Source of the DNA: Octopus vulgaris
Taxonomy: Eukaryota
Length of the DNA: 64,000 nt
NCBI GenBank assembly: GCA_951406725.2
Contig: OX597817.1
Coordinates: 98,146,001 to 98,210,000 of the forward strand
Direction of reading: 5' to 3'
In this document: one piece after another, positions 55,130 through 64,000 of the stretch
Layout of the letters: each line of letters begins with the position of its first letter
Position numbering within the stretch: the stretch's first letter is position 1
Notes under the pieces: generated by a model
Told to the model about the DNA's origin: nothing
The model's database searches: none
What the model saw: only the letters and a program-made list of their open reading frames with translations
Program-made: the position numbers and the translations under genes

Positions 55130-57380
55130 AAGATCCGACTTATGCAGAATAGAAATGATATTCAGGATTAAAGGGGTTGAAGAAAAGTATTACAAATCCA
55201 ACAGCTGTTTCTGGGGACTCAGTGGTCCAAAATAATGCTTGTAGATTGATTCCATCATCGGATGAGACAAGCTTTTGTCTTCAGGGAAGAGATCTAACAT
55301 TTCAGGTGTTGAAAGAAAGAAGTTCAAAGATGGAATAATTTTGTGGAGGGCTAAGTGTATTGGAGGGGGGAATTGGGGAGGTATTCAGACAGAGAATTGA
55401 GAGAGAAAATAAATTTCAAGGGTTAGAGGTTAATAATGATGCTGGTAGGGAGTTATAATAGTAGAGGAGGAAGAGGGGAGAGTAATGTAGGGAGTATGTG
55501 AATGATAGTCTATTTTGTTAGTTTGTATGAAGGCTATAGAATTAATGGCTGAAATAGTGAGAAAGGGAATGGCCATTATTTGAGGGAAATAAGTTGACTG
55601 GTTCAGTGGCTGAGGACATTTTTAAAGGTATGTAGAGAGGTATAAGAGAAACTAAAGAGGAAGATAGAGTGGGGGTGAGTTGGTGGTCAATATAGCAGTT
55701 GTTAATGGGACAAAAGAATTGAGTTGGTATTGGAGGGGGAGTGCCATGATATGCAGGGGTGTATGAAACTGAATACAGAGAAATAAATAGGGAGGAAGTA
55801 GACAGGTTAGTATCCAAAGTACTTTTGGTAAGGAGGAGAAAGAAGTGTCTACTTAGGAGGGTTGAGAGACCATGAGGGAAGTGGGAGGTTGTGGTTTAGA
55901 AGAATTTGAAAAGGTATATAAAAGAAAGATTAATAAGGAGATAGTATTTGTTAAGTAGTAGGTTGCTAAGCTGACTTTGTCTTAGTTCAAGGTTAATTTT
56001 GTGCATGGATACTTATAGTTACAGGATTGCATAGATTTACTAAAATGCATGAAAGATGGGTAGCACCTATGTTTACAAGACAAATTTACATCTGAGAATC
56101 TATTAAGTAATGAGGGGTTGTGAAGGCAAGAATAGTAAGCGATTCTCTTGAACATAATTTACACATACTGATGTTTACATTGTATGGGGGAGCCCCACTT
56201 ACTATGGACCAGGATAGGGTATGTGGAATATTTTAAGATTTAAGGTCGTGTGTATAAGTTGCTAAGGAGGTTGACAATTTAGAATCTGGATTGGAGAAAG
56301 AGTTCATATGTGCACAGTAGCATGCTTGAAATCAACTGTACAGCCAATATATACCCTTACTTGGTGGGAGCATGGTGCTATAACACAGCATTTGTAGACT
56401 ACATTTTTACATAAACAGAAGCCTCCAAGAGGATATCGTTGAGAAACCCAACAATTGCAAGTTTTCCTACCTGCTCTGTGGTTGGAGTTTGCTGCTGGGG
56501 AGGTTGAGCTCCATTGGTCCATTATTAGTAAGGGAGAACCTGAAGTGCAATCTAATATTGCAGCTACTGTATGTTGTCATTTGGATAGAATTGTAGGAAG
56601 ATACCTTGAGTCTGGTATCATTTAGCAATACAACTAAGGGTTGTATTGCTGCTAATAGGTGAGTTAATTTGAGGTGCAGTGTGAGAGTTTGGATGTTCCA
56701 AGGACTGGTACTGAAGTTTGCATCTGTTAGAGGAGGTGATTGTTTCCCAAATTAGGTGTGGTGGAGTAGGAGGTTTTCATGGATGATTTATTAAAGATAG
56801 GGTAGTATTTATGCTGTGGTGGGAAATTAGATTTCAAGATTTTAAAGAAAAGTTTAGGTAGAGATTTAACTTGGAGAGAGAATGTTTAGAGTGTATGGTT
56901 GTAGTGGGTGGATCATGAGGGGGAGACTGGGGGTGGTCAGTGGGGCTGCCGGGTGCAATGTGTAGGGGTTTGGGGGGGAGTTGTTGAATTGGGTTGAGCA
57001 GAAGAATTATCAGTAGATTCAGAGTTAGTATTGGGAAAGTGATGTGCTATTTTAGCTTTAAGCTTAGTATTGAGGATATAGTAGATCTTTTCATGGAAGC
57101 TGCTTATTTGAAGGGCCTGATTATAATATGGGTCATGACTGTTAAAACTTTCTTTGCAGATAAGTTGGAATTCTGATAGATATGCCTGTGATTACACTAT
57201 TAAGAGTAAGTTTAGGATGATTAGATAGGACATTGATATATTTGTAAAGATTGGTTGGGTTTATGGAAAAGGTGATATAGACTTGATTTAAGTCCAGGGT
57301 AATGTCTAAGATATTGGCGATTTGTCTCTTTTTTTTGTTATCTACAGAGATAATGAATCTGGGAAATACATATATTTTTT
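55130..57380 (-). mobile_element. Degenerate Penelope-like element
   Basis: ILDITLDL...YINVLSNHP; TCNC...PLGGFCLCKNVVYKC...VYIGCT; decayed hammerhead GAAACAGCTGT near 55200. Confidence 0.7.
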
Positions 57381-57992
57381 TATAGTCTAATTTTTCTTAA
57401 AGAAACAGTCAATACCCCTTTCCCCACCTCACCCACCCATCACCTACCAGCTTTCAAAAAGTTAAAATCTCCTAATCTCTCACTTTTGTCTGATGTTTCT
57501 CACTTGCATAGAATTCTACTGAAATAGCAAACTTAAAAAATACCAGACCATCACCAGAAAACACGACATGCTAGAAACAACAGGTAAACAACATTATTTC
57601 TGAAGAAACTTCCCCGCTTTCTGAAAAACTAAAAATGAAACATTGAAACATTGAAAGTGGTGAGGTGATGGATAAAATTCTTAAAGATTCGTACTCACTG
57701 TTTTTTGTCCATGGGTTATCAAGAATAAAAATTTGAAAAAAGTAAAAAATGAATTTGGTGTAGAGAGGGAGAAATTAAAATATTGAGAACGTGTTTTGTG
57801 GGTGAAATCCTAATCTCCTATATTGCAAACATAGGAATCAGAAGAAATTTATGAAAAGAATAAGGCGGAGGAGCAGAAATGTCACCTCGGACATGCTAGA
57901 AAGAAGAGGTAAAGGACAGGATGTCTGGGAAAACTTTCTTGTGTGCACACTGCAAGAAATAACATAATTTGCACAGAAGTTTTGGCTAGAGC

Positions 57993-58051
<59 letters not shown>

Positions 58052-59289
58052 TGTGTGTGTGAATGTGTGTGTGTCAAGGGAAGTTATTTTATGGCATTCT
58101 TTCATTTGAAGAAGCAAAGTTGTCTACTCAACATATATTGGATCATATGATTGGTCATTAATTTCCGTAAAAATTTTAAAATTTCTTTATGCTTTGAAGG
58201 GAGCAGAAATTGAAAGAAAGAATAAAGTGAAAAGGCGACATTTGCTTTGAAGTGAGGGGAGAAAGTAAAAGGGAGGAGAAAGTGTAAGATATACATGTAT
58301 ATGGAATGGATGTGTGTGAGAGAGAGAGAGAAACAGACATTGAGTGAGTGAGTGAGCGAGTGAGAGGTGTGTGTTGTACCAACTAAACTATATTTCCTTC
58401 ACATATTTGCATTACAAAAATTTAACATTATCATTTTTCTTTTAGTCACCATTTGCAAACAACATCTTTTATCACCACTACAACAACAATGACATCACAT
58501 TTTTTATATGAGTGTGTTCGTGCACTCATTACGTATGTTAGGCCAATTACTGACAAGTATATGTGTGTGACAGTGTATGTGCCTGTTAGTATATATACAT
58601 TATTGTGACTGACACACACATCTAAAGATGCATTTTATGTTTTATATAAATGCACATAAGTGCAATTCTGTGAAATATTCATGCTTGTTTAAGTGGCAGA
58701 TATATGCAATTTGACTAAAGGTGGTATCATATGTATAGGATATTTTTTTAGTTCATGGGGAAAATGGAAAAATGAGAGTGAATATTTATTTTATGAGTGC
58801 TGTGCATAAAGTATATAAAACGTATATATAAAGTGCATTAAGTAATCATGGAATTCCAATTTCTTTCACTTTTCAATGAGCATCAGATGAGCAACTATCT
58901 TTCCATACAGATACACCACAGGTTACACTTTCAGATTTTTTGGATAAAGTTTTCAGAAATAACTAAATAGGTTTACCATTAATTCTATGAAATATTCATG
59001 GGTCCTGCTAGTTTCCAATAATTGATAAGATGGATACTTCCAAACTGGTTATATTTTATTAAATATTCTCTAAAATATACTTCTGTGCTTTTCCAACTTT
59101 ATATATATATATATATACTAGCACTATGGCATTTGTCGGGGTTAGTGCTAGTCAAGCATGTTTGGTCTTTCATGAAAATCCCTCTCTCTTGTCATTCACT
59201 TGGTCTAACTCGTTAATCCATATAATTCAAAATAGGATGATTACAATCAAAATAAGCAACAAGGATATCCTTGTTACTTATTTTGATTA

Positions 59290-59808
59290 TCTCTATATTA
59301 TAATTCTGAAATGTAAAAAGTTTGTTTGTTTGTTTGTTTGTCTGGTTTTGGCATTGAGAATGGGTTAAAGGCCACTAGATCCCGTCGGATTGACTCCAAA
59401 ATTTGCAGGGACATGTAAAATGAGGTGAGGATGCGAGTGCGCTAGGTTAGAAATCCCTATCTTAAAAGGTGTCATTGCTAGGGCCAAAAACGTACTTTGA
59501 CAAGTCTACTCTCATTCTTTTATGTATCTGTCTTCCTCCATCACTCACTCTCTTTCCTCCCTTCTCATCACATTCTATTTATAACGTCGTTTCACAGCAT
59601 CTACTTCCCCTTCACTTTCTCTTTATAACGTCGTTTCACAGCGTTCTATATCTCCCCCTCCTCGCCTTCGACGGCGCTTTCACACACACTCTCTCTCTCT
59701 CTCTCTCTCTCTACGTCTGTCTGCATTCATACAGAGAATTATCATCGACACCACCACCACACAATCATGAGAACAAATATTATGAATCAGATATTTATTC
59801 GGTTAATT

Positions 59809-59839
<31 letters not shown>

Positions 59840-61424
59840 TCTATATATAAATATGTATATATAATGTATATATACAAACTGTATATATCTGTATTTATGT
59901 ATATTAAACTTTTTAATACTTTTTGATAGTTATATATATTTTTTTAAAAATTATAAATATAAATTAATAATTTTAATTTTAAATTTAAATGATTTAAATT
60001 TCACAATTTTATATATTTTGTATATTATATTTTTATTTTTATGTTTTGGTTTATGTTTTTCACTGTTTGATTTGCCTATTAGTGGTTTTATCTCTAATTT
60101 AATTTATATATATATATAATTTGTATACATTTGTATATATAATGCGTGCACACACACACACACACACATATACATATATATATATATATATATATAGCAC
60201 GTAAGACGGACGTTAAACGATGATGATGATGATGATAATATATGTAATGTGTTCATTATGTGGTCGGTTGAGCTAAATAATATGCACACCTGTGTTAAAA
60301 GTGCTGGCGAGTTTGCATGACAACTATTTTTTTCCTCAAATGAAAGGCGTGACCTCTAGGACAAAATTCCTCATCTTATAAAATTGGCCCCAGTAGACCC
60401 GAATGAAATCGGGTTATATTAACCAAAATGTGAAAAGGGGTCTAAATGGGGCTGGAAGGGGATTAAAATTTAAAGAAGCGGGTGTTTAGGAGTTCTCTGT
60501 TACATCAAGCTAAAAAATTGGCACCAGCCTTTTAATCGACAATGTGTTGCCGTCCATGATGAAGAAGTTTTGAATGCTTGCCATGGTGAGTCTACTGTCG
60601 TGAGAAAGAATCACTTCAAAACTTGGTGTTTAGGAATTTTCTTTTACATGAAGTTCAAAATTTTACGCCAGCCGTTAAACTGTCAATACGTTGCTGTTTG
60701 TCGTTAAGAAATGTCAGCCATGGTGACTCTACTATCCTCAGATTCTATCCCTTCAAACTTTGGTTTCCAATATTTTATTATTTTTATTCAGCTCGCAAGT
60801 TCGTCTGTCCCTTTTAAATGTTAGTGTTTTGCTGTCTGCCTTGAAGCAGACCTTTCCGTTGTCACTGCCTGATATTTATGATTGATCTTTCTAAATATTT
60901 TATTTCTCAACTTACTCAAGATCTTTTGTTGTTTATAAATGGGAGAGAGATAGATAAAGATAGAGAGTAAGAGAAAGCGAGGGAGAGTCCGAGAGAAAAG
61001 AAAAGTGAGAGAGAAAGGAGAGAGAAACAAAGACGGAGAATCATCATCATCATCATCGTTTAACGTCCGTTTTCCATGGTAGCATGGGTTGGACAGTTTG
61101 ACCGGGGTCTGGGAAGGAAGCCAGGAGGCTGCACCAGGCTCCAGTCTGATCTGGCAGTGTTTCTACAGGTGGATGCCCTTCCTAACGCCAACCACTCTGT
61201 GAGTGTAGTGGGTGCTTTTTTCGTGCCACCGGCACAGGTGCCAGGGGGGCTGGCAGCGGCCACAATTTGTTTTTGTGCTTTTTACGTGCCACCGGCACTG
61301 AAACCAATCAAGGCGGCGCTGCCATCGGCCAAGTTCGGATGGTGCTTTTTACGTTCTGAAAGGAAGCAATAGAAAGTAACAACCACACTCTTACCCGCGC
61401 GTAGAGCGTGTCACCTTCAGCTAG
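59290..61424 (+). mobile_element. Non-autonomous Helitron-like element
   Basis: A|TCTCTATATTATAA start, (TTTG)n, imperfect 3' hairpin ACCCGCGCGTAGAGCGTGT then CTAG|T. Confidence 0.55.
61041..61355 (-). mobile_element. RTE 3' UTR/tail fragment
   Basis: (CAT)n CGTTTAACGTCCG...GGATGCCCTTCCTAACGCC...GTGCCACCGGCAC. Confidence 0.88.
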
Positions 61425-61901
61425 TCTCTCTCTCTATATATATATACTAGCTTTTGAAATGCTAGGTTTTGTGAAATGAACAGAAATGTGATCAGCATCT
61501 TCTCATATATCAGGAAATTATACTTACATTATTATGGATAAATTCATCGTCTCTGAGTATGAAATATCTCCTCATATCTCCGGAAATTGCACCTGCATTA
61601 TTATGGATGGATTTACCTTTTCTGTGAAGCTAACAAACCTTTTTAAAACTTTTTATAAAACTGTGCATCACTAGAGAACTTTTGAAGTCTGCTTACAATC
61701 TAACTTTGCTTTTTATAGAACTCTCTTTGATACTTCATGAGTGTAGCCTCACCCCCTAGGATGTTTGGAAAACTCATATGTGTTTTGGCTGATGAATACG
61801 GGACACTTGTATTTGCTGCAATATTTGCAGCTTTTAATAAAGCTGTTCTTCGTATGAAACAATTGTACTGAACAACTAATCCATTCTTGATGCTTTTTTC
61901 T

Positions 61902-61950
<49 letters not shown>

Positions 61951-62319
61951 CATGGCCTCTGATCAATACGTGCTTTTGTAAGCTCCCAGAAAATCGCTAA
62001 CAAAATTTCTAAAAAGCTGTGATATCTATCGTTAAAAAAAAGAAAAACCTAAAAGAAGCTCCGAATGTCTTCCTGGGTGATAAAGAATACACTTGAAGAA
62101 ATACAAATTAAAATATATTAAATGGGAAGAATTTTTTGCAAATGTACAAAGTGTAAACATTGCAAATAACAACACATGGACTTTATGAAATTTCTAACAT
62201 AACTGCGATTTTCGATTGCAAAAAGAAAAAAAATCACAATCTGAATAACTCCTGAGTGAAACACAACACAACACATTTAAAGAAATGCCATCTGTAACAT
62301 ACAGAAGAGAAAAACAGAA

Positions 62320-63460
62320 AAAGTAAAATTATTTACATTCGACGGATATTTGTCATTTTGTTTGTTGTTAACACAATGTTTCGGCTGATATACCCTCCAG
62401 CCTTCTTCAAGTGTCTTGGGGAAATTTTGAACCTTGGTTTGCATTCTTAAGGTATTTTTCAATGTTATTGTTATTATTATTATTATTGTTGTTCAGGTGT
62501 CTGCTTGGAAACGAACTCAGAATCTTGGGGTTAGTAGTCTGCACTCTTAACCACTACACCATATGCCCCTAGGCAATTATGGAGTGACTTTTAGGGCTTA
62601 TAAATCTAGTATTTTTCTATCCTTCCTTAATACCGGTTCCCATATGTTGCACATATCTGCACTTGGTCTACTTAGGAGGTTGTTGTGTCCTAGCATATGT
62701 CCTGCTTCTTTTAGTTTTCGTATTTTTCAGTGGTGTCTATTATTTTAATTTCATCCCATAGGGGGAGGTGGTCTCCATTTTTCCATACATGATCAGCTAT
62801 ACCCAATTTATCAATATCTCCTTGTGTCACAGCATTGTGATGTTCGTCTAACCTTATTTTGAGGGGGCAGCATGTTTCACCTTTCTATAACCTACCACAG
62901 CTTGCATGGGATGGAGTACACACAGTCTTTGGTGGTTTTACTCGAAGGAGATATTTGTGAAGTGTCCTGATGTCATATGGGCCGCATATCTTTTGTATCT
63001 TTACGGAGAGGCCTTTCACATAGGCTAGGCAGACTGTGGACTGTTTATTGGCCTCATCCTCTTGCTTCTTCATAATTGGAGTGGATAGTATACTTTTGGG
63101 GTAGTTGTTGCTTAACAGATCGTTATTGAGCTTGATCATTTCTTCGTGGTATATATCACAATCGCTACTTATATTCTTTGCCTGATGTTTTAGGCCCTGA
63201 GCCATCCTTCTCTTTACACTGTATGGATGGTGGGAATTTAAGTTGAAGTATTGTTCAGTAAAGGTCGGCTTGCAGCATATGGATGTCCTGAATTCATACT
63301 TGGTGCGTGTTATTAATACGTCCAGGAATGCTAGCTGATTGTCTGTTTCCTTTTCCATTGTGAACTGTATGGATGGCTTTATTGAGTTCACATGATCTAA
63401 CAGCACTTGGATATCTTCCTGGTGGGACCAGAGTATATAGATGTCATCAACTTATCGTAG
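62320..63460 (-). mobile_element. Penelope-like element, paralog of 3571-4682 including tRNA-like head and hammerhead
   Basis: ORF 62885-63406; head GGGCATATGGTGTAGTGG...GAGTTCGTTTCC at 62495-62568; TTGAAGA-AGGCTG..CAGCC-GAAAC at 62370-62415. Confidence 0.9.
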
Positions 63461-63461
63461 C

Positions 63462-64000
63462 TGTAGTGTGAATGATGAAGAGGACAACAGAAAAGGAGAA
63501 AGAAAATATAATTAGGTCTTACCTCGGCGAAGATTAGTCTACCAAACTCAGCGAAGATCAGATCTCTCTCAACAAAGTCAATGCATCTCATCGCTTCCTT
63601 GTCTCAGCTCCAACTGCCCTGGCTTCGTTGATGCCACACGTGTGTCGTCGCTCACCGCTTCTGCTTCCTGCTGTGCATGCGCCCTGCAAGCCCTACTTCT
63701 GCCCTCCCCTATCTGTCGTCTTCTCCACCGACACCCCCCCCTGATCTACAGATCACTGAACCGGCTTTCTCACTCGCTCCCCGCTCCCAAACTCACACTT
63801 TAACTTGTTTCATAATCAGCCAACCAGGGAGGAGGGTGCCGTTCCCTCTGTGGTCGCAGTGCAACCCTAGGACTGGTTCCTGGTATGTTGCTGCTGGCCT
63901 CATCATCCTGTCTACTGGTGTTGTTTTCATCTTGCCCACTGCTGCTGGCCCCATCCTCTGAGGCATGGACAATCCTCCATATATCCAAAACGTGGCGTGG
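63462..64000 (-). mobile_element. Gypsy LTR retrotransposon 3' end (integrase tail, PPT, 272 bp LTR)
   Basis: LRPQRERHPPPWLADYE* integrase-like C-terminus; G8 tract at 63734-63741 directly before TGTCGG; LTR 63733 to 63462 ends CTACA. Confidence 0.7.

Noticed and set aside
57400-59280. Possible host exons
   Set aside because: No convincing ORF, splice pattern or recognisable domain; small exons cannot be excluded without RNA data

Overview
Repeat-saturated eukaryotic (animal) genomic DNA with no recognisable host gene. The SINE families, (GAT)n-tailed RTE LINEs and dense TA/CA microsatellites suggest an octopus/cephalopod genome (inference). Nearly all ORF-track hits are microsatellite or antisense noise. 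The window holds several RTE-clade LINEs, a CR1-group LINE, at least seven Penelope-like element (PLE) pieces, two Helitron-like elements, TIR DNA elements, a mariner fragment, Gypsy/LTR remnants, tRNA-derived SINEs, large inverted repeats and a 100-N gap. The most striking signal is RNA structure. There are about ten canonical PLE-type hammerhead ribozymes, plus nine copies of a hammerhead-like motif whose three strands occur in a non-circularly permuted (pseudoknotted) order, with helix I and III sequences co-varying between families. Most of the nine sit once per unit in ~0.8 kb tandem non-coding repeats that resemble retrozymes. A PLE family also carries a tRNA-like Pol III head directly upstream of its hammerhead, and that module occurs on its own as a SINE-like copy.
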